Positions 1 to 12,178 of a stretch of 64,000 bases of DNA are shown here, piece after piece. Made by a program: the position numbers and the translations under genes. The notes under the pieces were generated by a model that was given only the letters and a program-made list of their open reading frames with translations, was not told where the DNA came from and searched no databases. Position 1 is the stretch's first letter, and every line of letters starts with the position of its first letter. The DNA comes from Cyanophora paradoxa CCMP329 (Eukaryota > Plantae > Glaucophyta), in the NCBI GenBank assembly GCA_004431415.1, contig QPMI01000395.1:1-64000 (forward strand), written 5' to 3'.

Positions 1-2719
1 AACATAAGCCCCAATTGCAACAGGCTTATCTAGCTTCACATGTTTTGTGTAAAACTCAAAGGCAACTGCTCTTTCGTTTATGGGACTTGTTGATTTCACC
101 AATGGAGAGGCTGCATATTTCATAAACGTTTCTCACTGTTTGCAATCTTAACCACAGATCTACCTCTACATGATTCAATGCATTTCCCATAGATTGAGTT
201 ATTCATGAGCTTATAGAAATCAGCCTCGAATTTATTCACTGCTTTCCTTCTCATCTCAGTGTTCAGCTCAATATAGGGTTTCATGACAGGAGCCACAGTA
301 AATGATAGGACCCTGTGAACCTTCTTTAATTTCACCCCTTTGTCCAACAGATACTGTAGAGAGGCTCAGAAATCACATAGTTTGTCACAGAACAAAGGTT
401 GCAGTTAGCTTAGGGTCTTATCAAGCTCTTCTCTGAAAGATCTAATAGGCTCTTTGATATTGTGATAATTCGGCATATTCTACTATTTTCTTGTTAATAA
501 TTAGGGGGAAATCACTGTGATCTAGAATAGCCTAATTGGGTAATCCAGATCAACTTCTAGGAAACTGGATCTGTTATCTTGTGGGTTGAATTCGGTCTCC
601 CATCTAAAATCACCAACTGGGATTGGCTGACTCAAACAGTAGCCATACAAGTTGTTAGCATCAAACAGCATTATATGGGAGTTCACCATCGCCTCAGCAT
701 ACCTACAGGGCATTGTTGCAAAGCCACCCCTGATTCCCCTCTCAACAAATTCGTATTGCTCTACATCACTGATAGTTCTATTTTGCCTTGGTGGTCCTAA
801 GCATAGCATCCCAAGATAACCCAGGTGCAGATACATAATGAACTGGGTCAATCCATATACTGAGTGTGAAAGCCTTCTGAAGGCCTTGGAATTTGTTCAT
901 TAACTCACTCACATCAGCAGCTCCGAAATCCATGAAATTGCTTGCATCAATGAACTTGTAAAGACCCCATTGCAATGAAAGGTATTGATCAAAGTTTTTC
1001 GAAAGGATTTCGATTCGCTTTTTATCACCCATGCCTGCTATTTTTCTGAAAATGAATGTCCCACAGTCATCCATTTGGTCAACAACAACTGCAACTTTGG
1101 TTTGCTTTGAGATTCTCCTATGGAGATTGCAGTTTCTGCATGCAGGAGCAATGTAATGACCTGTGTGGTGATCATGATCTCTGCATTTGAAGTTTTCTTA
1201 GTGAACCTCTCACTGCAAAGGTAACAGTGTTTAGTAGCCCTGTAAATAGCCTTTTGCTCATCTGTGAGTTCATTCATTGGAATATTGGTGAACAGGAAAT
1301 CGATTAGTTCTCTAGCTTTGGACTCCAAGCATTCAAAGAGACCTCCCATTGGATCCTGCCCTCAAATCGAAAATCTTGAACATCTTCCCCAGTGACTACT
1401 CTAGGTTGACTGCTGAGACTTCCCTCTTGGATTTCGATGCATCAATGGGGATGCTTCTATGTTCAATCTTGCAGTAGACCACAACAGGAAGCCAAACAGT
1501 TTTCCTGAGGTTTTTCAGTCCAAACTCTATGGTGGTCTCAGGTTTAGGGTGATTCCCTTTGAGAGTCTCCATCAATGCATCTATTTGAGTCCACATGAGC
1601 AGTGAGTTTAGCCTCAGACCTGAATCGAGATAAGCATGTGTCACAGTAGTGTAACTTCTGATCATTGTATGTTTCATGGTTTACTTTCAATAATCTGAAA
1701 GGGACATGATTGTAATATAATGACCATTCCCTTCATCATCAAATATCAGCATGAGATTAACCTTATGCTTTCTGCCTGGGTTACTGGATTGATGCAGGGG
1801 ATAAAAACCTCTCCATCGATTCCGAATATATTAATGCTAATGCCTGCATTTTGAGCCTCGAATTTATCAATAATCTCAGCATACAGGCAACAGGGAATGG
1901 GATGTTATCGAAATTCAGAGCAAGAGGATTGTAAGCGATTGGTGAGTATTTCCATTTGCGATATTGGGAAAGCTCATTCCTCTTATGGGAGTTAATAGAT
2001 TTTCTGTAAATCGAGGCCTAAAATCGCATTTTCGAAGCAGGAATCATCAATATTTCGAATATTCACTGTGGCTCTCTTCCTAGCAATCCACTCTGGGTTT
2101 GTAGAAAGCATCCACCAGTTGGAGCATAACTCATAATAGCCACTCTGAGTATTTCAATTCTTTCTAAGCGATAGCTATCAACCACATTCATCTGCTCCTG
2201 ACACATTTGGGCTGCTTTATTCAGCTCAGTTCGAATATTTCTCGACCTGGTTAATACAAAGTAATCACTGTAAATGTATTCGATATCCAAACTGTGGATT
2301 GCTCACTTTTACGAACTTGCAGATAAAAGACAAGCGAACCTTGATTGCCCTGAATTGATCTAAACCTGCTTTAATCGATTGGAAGGGATGTAGCAATTCT
2401 GTCCAGGAATTCAATCACATCTACAACAACTTCCCTTCTGGCTCTGTAAGTGAGCCAGCGATATAATTCATTCATGGCTGTTCCATCTTCTGCCTCAGGT
2501 TCTATTTGCCTTAGGCGATCCAGTTCATCCAAGGTTTCAATTTTATCATATAGGTTATTTGCTTTTCTGGTTAATCTGGCTAAAGTGGGTCTCCCTTTGC
2601 AATTAAATCTATTTCCCGTCATATTCAGCCTCTGTAATTTCATGGGCTGCATAAAGTGTTCCCAGCAATCCATGAGTTCCCATTTCTTCTCCTTATGAGT
2701 TTGTTGGTAATTCGGGCAT
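1..2719 (-). CDS. Polinton-type (protein-primed family) DNA polymerase B of element A; many frameshifts, 3' part outside the window
   Basis: ORF fragments 2371-2673, 2063-2290, 1396-1677, 1038-1349, 778-1074, 522-851 and 120-347 are colinear with the intact frame at 23988-26525; motif A DANNLYG, motif B KLMNNSIYGK and the SAPGLSWDAML signature are present. Confidence 0.92.
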
Positions 2720-2789
2720 TATTCCTAACTTGTTCCTATTCTAAGGGATATTTTATTTTAGGATGTTCTAAACGCAATTTAAAATGTTT

Positions 2790-3126
2790 TAATGGATCCA
2801 CTGGCTTCCTCTGAATGGAATCGCAAAAACCTATTAATCCTAAATCGGGATTTCGGTTTTTGTAAATTGACTATCCAAGGTTCAAAGAGATACATGTAAT
2901 ATGCTTCTCTGTTCATTAGGTCTTCATGCCCACCCTTCTTACTTGAATACAGACTGAGAACTTCACATCAGAAGCCTTGCATAGGTCTGCTGTAGATGGC
3001 ATTTGACCTGATTGTGTTGTCTCCATCTTTTTGAAGTGGCTGTGAGGTTCTTCCTATGTAGACTTTGTTCATTTCCTGACTCTCAATCATATAGATCGAT
3101 CCAGAATCATGATCTGTTCCAGCCAT
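2790..3126 (-). CDS. GIY-YIG endonuclease (frameshifted)
   Basis: Manual translation from ATG at 3126 gives MAGTDHDSGSIYMIESQEMNKVYIGRTSQPLQK and, after a frameshift, RWRQH: the IY...YIG.T...R..QH GIY-YIG signature. The 3' end is approximate. Confidence 0.7.
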
Positions 3127-3177
3127 TTCTTACTAGTTACATATAAATATATTTTTCTATCTCTTAAATCATTTTTT

Positions 3178-3283
3178 GGTTGACTTAGTGGGTGGAGTTG
3201 AGGCACTTTTTATTTCTTTTTAGGGCAGAGTCCTCTTTTAGAATCTGTGAAAAAATGAGTCAACTCCCCCCACTTAGTCAACC
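3178..3283. repeat. Element A internal inverted repeat (~25-bp arms), putative replication origin
   Basis: GGTTGACTTAGTGGGTGGAGTTGA (3178) pairs with TCAACTCCCCCCACTTAGTCAACC (ending 3283); lies just downstream of the helicase stop; a second copy is at 23277-23388. Confidence 0.75.
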
Positions 3284-3369
3284 TAATCGATAAATAAACC
3301 ATAAATAAAAGACTGTTTGGGTCTTTTATGATAAATTTGAGTCAACTGTGAGTCCACTTTTGAGTAAAC

Positions 3370-5960
3370 CTAAACTTCAACATCAGAGTCATAATCTGAT
3401 GCATCAGGATCAGCAGCAGGTAGTTCTTGTTTCATCCTTGGATTAGCTTCTTCCTCAATGGTCTCATCATCTACAAGCTTCATCTTTCTGAATTCCTCAA
3501 ATACTTGTGGGAATAGGAAATGATAGTATTGTTTACCATTTGTAGTTTTCACTTGGATATATGTAACACTTCGCATTTCTGTATAATATCTGCGACTATT
3601 ATAATCGTTTTTATATTTATTGCTGGTAATGAACTCCTGGAACCATTTCCAGGTTTCCACAAGGCTACCAGACTTGCATTTATTCTCGGAAATTAAGCCT
3701 CGATCCACAAGCCACTTAGTGAACATAAGGATGATTGGAGCGCACACCTGCTGGGCTAAATAGTATTTATTTGTAAGGGGTCTATCAGCAATCCAGTTCA
3801 CATCCTCACATTCAACTTTGGTTCTCAAATAGTGGGCAATGTTTCGAATATTGCAGTGATCATTAAGCCATTTTACAAGTGGAAGGAAGTATGACCTATC
3901 CTTTGCGAATTTCTTACTAACTTCAACAACCACAAATCGCCTATCTCCAGCTTCAATTTTAACTGGAATGTTGTTATTGCTGGTGAATATAATCCTGGCA
4001 AAGTTGCTTTTTGTGTATGAATCTATCCCTTTGTGTTCAATAACAATCTTATCAGAAGTAATGAGATCTTTAAGCATATCATTATTTTCGAATGTGTCCT
4101 TGCCTGAGGCTTCATTCACAACAATCAAGATCTTATCCTCTCTATTGTGGGCAAATCGACCAAACAGATCCTCTTTTGGCTTACCAGTTGCATAACTCAG
4201 GGCATCTCCAAGTATCTTCTTTTGGAAAGTATCAACCAACACATTCTTACCAGTTCCCTGTTCACCAATGAAGATTAAGGATACTCCATTGAGTTCCCCA
4301 GGCTTTTGCAGCATGTGGGCAAACCATTTCAACAGATATTCATAGGTATTTTGATCCTCACCAGACATTAAGAACAAGTGATCAAGGAAAGGCTTAATCA
4401 TCTCAGCAGTTACATCCTCTGGAGCATTTTCGAATTGCTGATGGTCGACCTTCATTCCTGGATAGAGATTAAATACAGACTTGCATTTTGCACTGAGAGT
4501 AGCAGGAGGTGGGAGGAAATCCATGTAAGTTGATCTTGTGGCTGTTGGATCCACAATCCATTTCCTAAATGATTGCTCCCATTTCTCTTTCTCATTATCT
4601 GTCCCTCATTCACAATCACCTTATGCATCAAGTGGGGGAAATGCTTTGTAGACAGTTTTCCAATGTCTTTGGGCATCCAGCAAAGTAGTTGTTCATCCCA
4701 GAGCATCACACAACCAACATTTTCAACATGATGCATGCGAGCATTGAAATACCTCTTATGCACATTGTAATGTTCAGCAAAGGAGGGATACTTGCAGTCT
4801 TGTAATCGATTTCATCTGTGTCCTCTGGTAGGAATGCATACTTTTTGGGAAGAGTTCCTTGAAAAGCTCATTGTTATCTTTGCTCAACCAATAAACCAAG
4901 GATTTGAAGGTCAACACTTTGCCAGGCTCAGCCTTCTTCTTGCTTCTGCGAAGCTGTGTAAACTTTTCCTGGCATTCATCATAATCATACTTGTCACTCT
5001 GTTCTGAGAATTGGTGGAAGAGTTCAGCCTGCATTTTAGGGGTAAATTTGTTGTCTTCCCCAACATTGATGATGACCAGTCCAACATCAATCCAAGTCTT
5101 ATACTCGCTGGCTCTTTCAGCATTGAGACCCATTATAACACTTTGTAGCAGTTCGAAAGTAACAGGATTTTCGGGTTCAGTGTCTTTTTCAGCTTCTACC
5201 TTCTCAGTCTTCACTTTATCACTTTTTGGCTCCTTTTTAACTGGTTTTGGCTCAGGAGTATAATTTGCAAATGCAGAAATATTTGATTCATCCACAAGTT
5301 TAGTAGTAGCTGAGAAGTAAGATACAAAGAAGTCCTCATTTCGCATTAACACTTTGTCACAGTCAACGAATTTCTTAAAGCAAACGTTTTATCAACATCT
5401 TTTTTCGACTTATTTTGAGCATCCAGAGTCTCACCTTTGCAGCAATTGAGGCAGATTAGGTTCTGTGTGGAGCTGTAAACTCCACTGTCATAATCCTCAT
5501 TTTTCACCAATCCCATCGCTTTGAAAAGCTTGGGGATATCTTCATGTTTGCATGCAAGCGATTTAATAATAAAGTGGGCTGAAATCTTGAACTTGGTGAC
5601 ATCCTCCTTAATCAAATAAACCCTTCTATGGCGAACTGCAACAGCAATATCGTTAATAGAAGTGGTACCAGATCGCTTCCATAGCTTATCTCTCATCTCT
5701 CTTACAACAGTTTCCGCCTCAGCATAGTTATCAGCAATGTTCTCCTTCAAATCAGCGAATTTATCCAGGTCCAGGTAAACTCTGGTCACTTGCTCAGGTT
5801 GAATGCATTCAGCCCAGGTCTTAACCTTGCTATTATCAATGGCTTCAAGGGCATCTTCGGCAGAATCAAATACATGGGTGACCTTGTTGCGATCACCAAT
5901 GAGAGTACTAAGGAATGTAGCATTTTCAACAGGGGTGGCGAATTTCTCGATTTTGTTCAT
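3370..5960 (-). CDS. AEP primase - PriCT-2 - superfamily 3 helicase fusion (split by frameshifts into 4 ORFs)
   Basis: 5346-5960 has AEP motifs RVYLDLD, SAHFII and DSGVY; 4774-5352 is PriCT-2-like (YKTWIDVG...FSEQSDKYD...SLVYW); 3370-4554 has Walker A GEQGTGKN, Walker B IVVNE, motif C IFTSNN and the arginine finger DRRF. Confidence 0.88.
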
Positions 5961-6176
5961 TTTCGATTTTGGGGACTTCTACCTTAACGAAGAAAATAAT
6001 TTCGGAAGGAGGAATTGTCTTTTATATATATCCTATTATTTGCCAAGTCCTTAAGTAGTTTTGGGTCGGGATACTGTCTCGATATATAGGTACAGTTTTA
6101 AAAAAGAGGGAAGAAAGCTGTCATTTTTTTGCCTCCGATCAAATCGATTTCTACAAAATTTGTTTCGATCGAGAAT

Positions 6177-6503
6177 TTATTCTTCGATATATTTCCGAGG
6201 TCTTCCAACCGGTTTATGCTCTTTGGGTTTCTTGGGCTGTTCATCTTTCTTCTTGTGGTAATATTCCAGCGCTTTTGCCTTTTTTTGCTCGCGATATTCT
6301 TCATTTTCCCTGTATTTCCTCTGGTGTCTGAGGGCAATCTTTTTGAGTTCTTCTGGTGTGTGAACTGTAGCGGCTCCTTGGGATAATCGTTCCTGCTTCT
6401 TTTTATGATAGGCTTCGCGTTTTCTTTGGGCATCTTGCTCCCTTTTCAGTCTCAGCTTCTCTGCTTTTTCATCATCTGTGAGTATCTTGCGGATATTCGG
6501 CAT
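6177..6503 (-). CDS. Small basic coiled-coil protein with C-terminal AT-hook
   Basis: Lys/Arg-rich, ends PVGRPRKY; shares the EYRE.KK..AL.YY motif with 29496-29732. Confidence 0.75.
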   Translation of the reverse strand: MPNIRKILTDDEKAEKLRLKREQDAQRKREAYHKKKQERLSQGAATVHTPEELKKIALRHQRKYRENEEYREQKKAKALEYYHKKKDEQPKKPKEHKPVGRPRKYIEE

Positions 6504-6551
6504 TTCTCTTTAATAGTAGATACGAAAATAATTTTTCTCAATACAATCTAT

Positions 6552-6674
6552 CTACTTTTTCCTTAAGTCATTTTTTGTTGCGAACACCAGTTCCTGTCTG
6601 TAAACTTTTATAGCTGCCTCAGTGGCATACTGAGACCGCTTTTTCTCAATTATCTTATAGACCTGGGGGTCCAT
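6552..6674 (-). CDS. Conserved 40-aa viral hypothetical protein
   Basis: Manual translation MDPQVYKIIEKKRSQYATEAAIKVYRQELVFATKNDLRKK; a homologous 36-aa ORF lies at 29809-29919 in element B. Confidence 0.55.
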   Translation of the reverse strand: MDPQVYKIIEKKRSQYATEAAIKVYRQELVFATKNDLRKK

Positions 6675-6694
6675 TGCTACTATCAGTAGGCAAA

Positions 6695-6899
6695 TAATAT
6701 TTAATCGGTCTCCCTCTGGGTCTCTGCTCCTCTTTTTGGGCTTTTCTGCGATAATAGGATGCCAGGGCTTGCTGCTTTTTATACTCTCTATATTCTGGGT
6801 CCTCTCTATATCGTTTCTGCATTGCTAGTATGTGTCTAATAGAACCTCAGTAACAGGTTCATCACTGGTAAACTCGATTAAACTAATAGTGTCCTCCAT
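6695..6899 (-). CDS. Second AT-hook-like small basic protein (frameshifted)
   Basis: Manual translation MEDTISLIEF...(fs)RYREDPEYREYKKQQALASYYRRK...RGRPIKY; closely matches element B ORF 29496-29732 (EDPVYREYKKAQSLASYYRRK...RGRPRKY). Ends approximate. Confidence 0.6.
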
Positions 6900-7155
6900 T
6901 TATATTCCCAGAGAAAACGTTTTCTGCTGGCAGAGAACTTCTCCTTGGATACTCCTGTTGCTCATATGTATACTCTGTGGGGTCTGCTGGCATTGACTCC
7001 ACAGAAACTGTTGATCTCCTTCTCTCTCTTGCCTCAGATACATTATCCTCAGTATCTGACATCTCAAACTCTATTGTTGTGTCACAGCATCCACTGTGGC
7101 AATTGCTTACCACATGCAGACTGAGCATCTCAATAAACTTTCGTATTATATCCAT
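6883..7155 (-). CDS. Small Cys-rich viral protein (CH.xCCDT motif)
   Basis: Syntenic homologue at 29941-30158 shares H...CH..CCDT..E...SD. Confidence 0.7.
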   Translation of the reverse strand: MDIIRKFIEMLSLHVVSNCHSGCCDTTIEFEMSDTEDNVSEARERRRSTVSVESMPADPTEYTYEQQEYPRRSSLPAENVFSGNINGGHY

Positions 7156-7177
7156 GTCTCTAATAAAACAGAGAAAA

Positions 7178-7911
7178 TTAAAGCCAAACTCGTCTTTTAT
7201 ATACTGTGGGAGCTACTCCCTTTTCTACTTCAGCTTTAGTGGCACCAGGTTCAATGGTTCCCTTTTGGGTCTTTGTTTTCATTTCATCTACTGCTTGCTC
7301 ATCGATTTGGTTCTCTTTCTTAGCAATAAACTGTTTATCTGGACACCAGTAATGCCCATTTTATAAACTTCCTTTCGAAGCATCTCCTTTAGCTTGGCTC
7401 TCTCTTTCTTCTCAGTAACATACTGCTCCAAAGCACTGGATTTGGCTTCCAGATCTTTGAGTTTAGCAGTCATCTCATCCCATTGAGCCTTGGGAATTCG
7501 ATGAATATTTTGAGTGGGAGCAGTCTTATATGTGACTTCACCAGCCATGGACTGGATTACCTTGTCTGATTCCTTACTAAGACCTTCACCTTTGCGAGCC
7601 AGTGATAGATCTTGCAAGCCTAAACCTTTATCATCAGCAGCACCAATAATTCGCCTGGCACCCTCAGCAACAGCCCTCATTTTCGAAGCTTCTGGTGAGA
7701 TGTTGAGTTGATCACTGGTTGAAGCCTGTGGGGCTTTATCATCGACTGATTCCTCATAGGCAGCATTAAGAGGGTCCTCTTCTTGCTGTGAGGGCTTCAC
7801 CTCATTCATACCATTGAATTTCATTGGTTCAGTATTAATGGATCCATTGTTTCCACCACCTGAATAGCCAACAGCCCCAGCTGGGATCCCTATCTTTCGT
7901 TTGGGAGGCAT
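7178..7911 (-). CDS. Conserved viral protein starting MPPKR (candidate core/virion protein); one frameshift near 7335
   Basis: Highly similar to 30186-30917; restoring the frame gives the shared C-terminus VAPT.YKRRVWL with a stop at 7178-7180. Confidence 0.8.
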
Positions 7912-7939
7912 TGTATCTTTATTAGAATGAGAGATAATT

Positions 7940-8722
7940 TTATAAACCGCGTTTATATCGCATCAATTTATTGCTATGGACTTGGCTTTTCACTTCTTTA
8001 GGGGCTTCCTCTTTCTCTGGAGGTTTCAGTTCATCTTCTTTCTTTTTTGGCTTTCTGTGGAAGCGAGGAAATGGGAAATCTTTCACAAGCTCAGCTTTAT
8101 CTACATAGTATTTAACTGAGTAGTTTGCAGAGGACCAAATAATATACTGATAGGAGTGAACATACTCTTCAAACATCTTGTAAAAATCCTCTTTATTTCG
8201 CATTATATTGTATTCTTCCTCTATGGCTTCCAGTTCTTTGCGATTTGCAGCACTTAAAAACATAGCATAGTCCGAATTAACTCGAATAGTCGAAGAGACT
8301 TTCCTTAGCTTTTGTGTGATGCAGATAATGGATATTTTCGAATGGCGACCTCTGGAATACAGAGAGCCAATAATTTTATCACGAGTTAGGTCTACAATCT
8401 CATTATCGATTAAATCATCTAGAACCACACATAACTGGTTAACAGGTTCACCTTTTTCTATTTTCTCTTGCCTTTCATCTAGCAATTTAGCAATGTAAGG
8501 GGCATCCCATTTTCCCAGTTGCAATGTTGCAACTTTATCCCAGAAATGATTGAAGCTGGTTCCACTCACAACTAATACAACATCAATCTTTTTGGCATCA
8601 TGCAACTGCTTCAACCAATATTTTACAGCTTCTGATTTACCAGTTGCTGATTTCCCAATTGCTAGGACTCGAAATGGTGGTTCTATCATTTCACCAGCCA
8701 CAAATTCATCCAAATCATTCAT
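7940..8722 (-). CDS. A32/FtsK-HerA-like genome packaging ATPase
   Basis: Walker A GKSATGKS, Walker B CVVLDD, RGRH.KISIICITQ and IRVNSDY motifs typical of Polinton/NCLDV packaging ATPases; adjacent to the MCP gene. Confidence 0.93.
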   Translation of the reverse strand: MNDLDEFVAGEMIEPPFRVLAIGKSATGKSEAVKYWLKQLHDAKKIDVVLVVSGTSFNHFWDKVATLQLGKWDAPYIAKLLDERQEKIEKGEPVNQLCVVLDDLIDNEIVDLTRDKIIGSLYSRGRHSKISIICITQKLRKVSSTIRVNSDYAMFLSAANRKELEAIEEEYNIMRNKEDFYKMFEEYVHSYQYIIWSSANYSVKYYVDKAELVKDFPFPRFHRKPKKKEDELKPPEKEEAPKEVKSQVHSNKLMRYKRGL

Positions 8723-8787
8723 TGTTGTATATCTTTCTAAATAAATACAGATAAAAATAATGCATGGTGACTGAATATCGTAACAAT

Positions 8788-10154
8788 CTACAAATTTATA
8801 CGCCTTAAACCATCCTTGTCCAAAATTATAAACGAATGCATGAGAGCGCGAACATTAACATCGATTACCTTATCTGAGGGCATGTAGAGGGTGAGGAAGG
8901 AAGAAGAGGAATTTGTTAAATCAACATAACCAGACTGGGCAATATTTCGAATTGCCTTTTCTCCATCAAGACAGAATGGGAGTCCTGAGAGGACATAGCG
9001 ATCAGCAACCTTATCCATGTTAGAGCATTTGAAGGCATCAGCAATTAGCTCAGCACCTTTGAGTAGGGAAATTGGCTCAGTGGCAAAAAGTCGCTGACCA
9101 TTTATTTCAGTTGTGAATGTGATGTCTTTGGAGTTGGCATAGGTCTTAAGAACACTGTGGGAGCCATTGGATTTGTCAACAGTTTCATGATCACGAACTG
9201 AAACAAGCAGAGCATATACAAGACCTGAGATTTGAGAGAGGTTAATTCGATTGGGTTGGGCATTGCCCTTGGCAGGGAAAGCACTAGCATCTACAAATCC
9301 AATATCAAGGGAGGGAATAGCCATGCCAGTTGTCTTAACCTTTTCAATGACAGTAGCGAAAAGCTCATCAGAAACATTAATAGCATGCATGTAAAGGCGA
9401 GGAGAAGTAATAGAAATAACAGGAGTTGTTGCACCAAGACTGAAAGTTGTGATATTTTGACCAACATGGGCAAGTGTGGCATTAGCAGTATCACCAAGAC
9501 CATCATCTTCTGTCTTATCAGCAACTGTCCCACCAACAACAGGGAGAGAGCGACCACCATAGGAAGTTTCAACATAACCCTTTCCAGCATCCTTAAACCA
9601 AACAGTAACAACCATTTCACCAGATAAAGCACCAAGGGAAGGTAGTGATTTAGCCAAGGCACAGGGATTTCAACAAAGAATGAGCCACCAAGGCGGTTGG
9701 TTCCATGAGCAGGGATGCCATGAACCATGCCATTGATCGCTTCTTTTTAGCTAGTTGATCCTCCGAATAATAGACCAGGGGAAATGAGCAAGGAAATCAG
9801 ATGGAATATGGTAGGTGTAAGATCCATAGGTAATTTCAAGTCGCTGAACTAAAGCACCAACTGGGCGAGTGTATCCATTGCGAACTAGGTCAGTATCACC
9901 AGCAAACGTGATGGCTGGAAGGTCGAAAGCAAGTTCGAGTTTTCCACAGAAATTGTAGCGAGGTAGCTTGAAGGAAATGCGATTTCCAACATTATTCTCA
10001 AAAGTATTGCTGGGATTCACAACAACTAGAACTGGCTTAGATTTGGATTCGAGACCAAGCATAAGGGAGTTATCCAGGAAAAAGGCTTTCGCCTCTTCTG
10101 GGTTGTTAGGGCTTCTTTCAGCGAAAGTCTTTGAAGAGTGGAAGTGATATCCAT
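8788..10154 (-). CDS. Double-jelly-roll major capsid protein (3-4 frameshifts)
   Basis: Fragments 9751-10368, 9291-9728 and 8788-9657 reconstruct a close homologue of the intact 466-aa ORF at 31790-33190; the true start MDITSTLQRLSLKEAL is at 10154. Confidence 0.85.
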
Positions 10155-10207
10155 TATATTCTCTTTTATTATACTGCAACATAAAAAATCTACCAATGAT
10201 CCTTAAT

Positions 10208-11216
10208 TTATGCGAAGTTTGTAATAACTGGATAGGAAGGGTGAAGCTGTGACATTCGCATCTTGAAGTATTCATAAACTGGGTCCCCAGCTGGCTCATC
10301 ACCATAGCGAATTTCAAAGGTAAGATGAACAGGTTGACCCTCAAAATCAATTGGTTCATTAATAGCATTTACAATATCAACCGAGAAAGTGGATAATCCA
10401 ACCTTTTTATTATAGTATTTGTAAAGTGGGTGAGCTTCTGTTGAATTGTAAACAACATGCTCACCATAGTCTTTATCAGGGACCACTATTTTGTGAAAGT
10501 AACCAGTCAGAAGACCATCCCCACATTGCACCAGATCACCCAGCTCCTTTACTCTCACAAACAAAACACTGTCCCTGGTCTTCTCAGGCTCAAAAGAAGA
10601 TATAATGCCATTCACGCGACCACCAGTAAAGATTCCATCAGTGAGAGCATCATAGACCTGTGATTGGATTGGGGAGTTACCATATCTTCCAGGATCAAGA
10701 CCCAGCAGTCTAGCTGAACTCAACAGCTTTTGGATTGTTTGTTGGCTTGGGTTCACAGCTACTGAGAAAGCCAAGTAAAATGGTACTGCTGAGTGGAATA
10801 TAATTCGTTTCAGTGATTCATCCCATTTGCAGCGAATGGATGGTTGGGGATTTCTGCCTTCGAATTTAGAGTTAATTACATTCACCAGTTGCTGGTGGCT
10901 TTGGATGGGGTGTTTCGACTTATAATGAATTGTTTCCATTGTTCATAGTCAGCAGCTGGGCGAACTGTTGGAATTCCTGAGCTTCCAGCTCCAGGAGTTT
11001 GTTCAGAATAATAAATGCTAAATGCATTGTCAACTGTCACATCTCCTGCTTTGGTTTCACCACTCACCATAGGGATACTGTTATAAAATTCGGCTGAGAC
11101 CAGTCTCACAGCCCTCACATTCTCATAACTACTGGGAGTCTAGCCACAAAGCTTGATGTGGGACCATCACCAGAGATTGTATTAAATGAGCTAACCTCGA
11201 TGTAATCCACAGGCAT
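10208..11216 (-). CDS. Minor capsid (penton) protein 1, frameshifted
   Basis: N-terminal YENVRAVRLVSAEFYNSIP and C-terminal LSTFSVDIVN..NEPIDFEGQPVHLTFEI, typical of single-jelly-roll pentons; homologue at 33245-34249. Confidence 0.8.
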
Positions 11217-11245
11217 TCTTCTTTTATCTATATTTATATATTAAA

Positions 11246-12178
11246 ATGAACCGGCTCGTTAATATTGATAGCAGGGATAGAAGCCAAGGACAAAATGAAA
11301 ACTCTTACAGGGTCACCCTCACAACTCCAGTAGAGAGACCAAGGGAATGTAGGGTTCTCTATGCAGAGATTCCAAACAGTATCTATAACAGTGTGGGAAC
11401 TGATCATCTAACAGTTCAGTTTAATTACCAAGATGGTTCATATAACCAAGTGATCACACAACAAGTGTATCCCCTTCCCAGTGGCTACATTAACCAGGGT
11501 CATTTTGGGGTAACACATCCCTATAATTATGGGCTGAACTATTCAAGCTTCCAAACCATTGCAGGCAAAACAGTAGCTTTTGAGTTCAAGATATTCTATA
11601 ACCCAACTACCTATAAAGTGGAGTTTTACAGTAACCATGAGTTTCGTTTTATTGCAAGCAACCAGAGAATAGGGAAGCTTTTGGGTGTAAGCTCTACTGA
11701 ATATACCAATGGGTATTATAGCACTCCTCCTGTTGGTGGATCTCCATATCGACCTGAGAACCTTTTAAAGTATGATGGTAAACCTATTACACCTGATCAC
11801 CCAGCATGGGGAATCACCTTCTCAGGACCCAGACTCTCCTCAAAGCCCTTGCAGTATTATTTCACCAGTAATAAGATGTCTGATATGAATGCTGAGCAGT
11901 ATCTGTACATGCATATTAAAGAGCTAGCCCCCTTTGCCAGCAGACACAATATAATCCCGAAATCGCAGCCACATAACCAAGGGGCAATCCTTAGACTGCA
12001 GTTGAGTAAAGATATAGGGGGCTATGTTTACCATAGTGGTGAGCATGCAGAATTTATTCAAATCAATGACAGAAACCTGGTGATAAGGGAACTCACAGTT
12101 GAGTTTAAAGATTACTTTGGTGAACTGATTGATATGAATGGAATTGACAATTCCTTTCAGTTGGAGTTTATCGAATAA
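11246..12178 (+). CDS. Minor capsid (penton) protein 2
   Basis: Starts LVNIDSRDR...N.Y.V.L...AEIPNSIYN and ends LTVEFKDYFGELIDMNGIDNSFQLEF, the PLV/virophage penton pattern. Confidence 0.85.
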   Translation: MNRLVNIDSRDRSQGQNENSYRVTLTTPVERPRECRVLYAEIPNSIYNSVGTDHLTVQFNYQDGSYNQVITQQVYPLPSGYINQGHFGVTHPYNYGLNYSSFQTIAGKTVAFEFKIFYNPTTYKVEFYSNHEFRFIASNQRIGKLLGVSSTEYTNGYYSTPPVGGSPYRPENLLKYDGKPITPDHPAWGITFSGPRLSSKPLQYYFTSNKMSDMNAEQYLYMHIKELAPFASRHNIIPKSQPHNQGAILRLQLSKDIGGYVYHSGEHAEFIQINDRNLVIRELTVEFKDYFGELIDMNGIDNSFQLEFIE

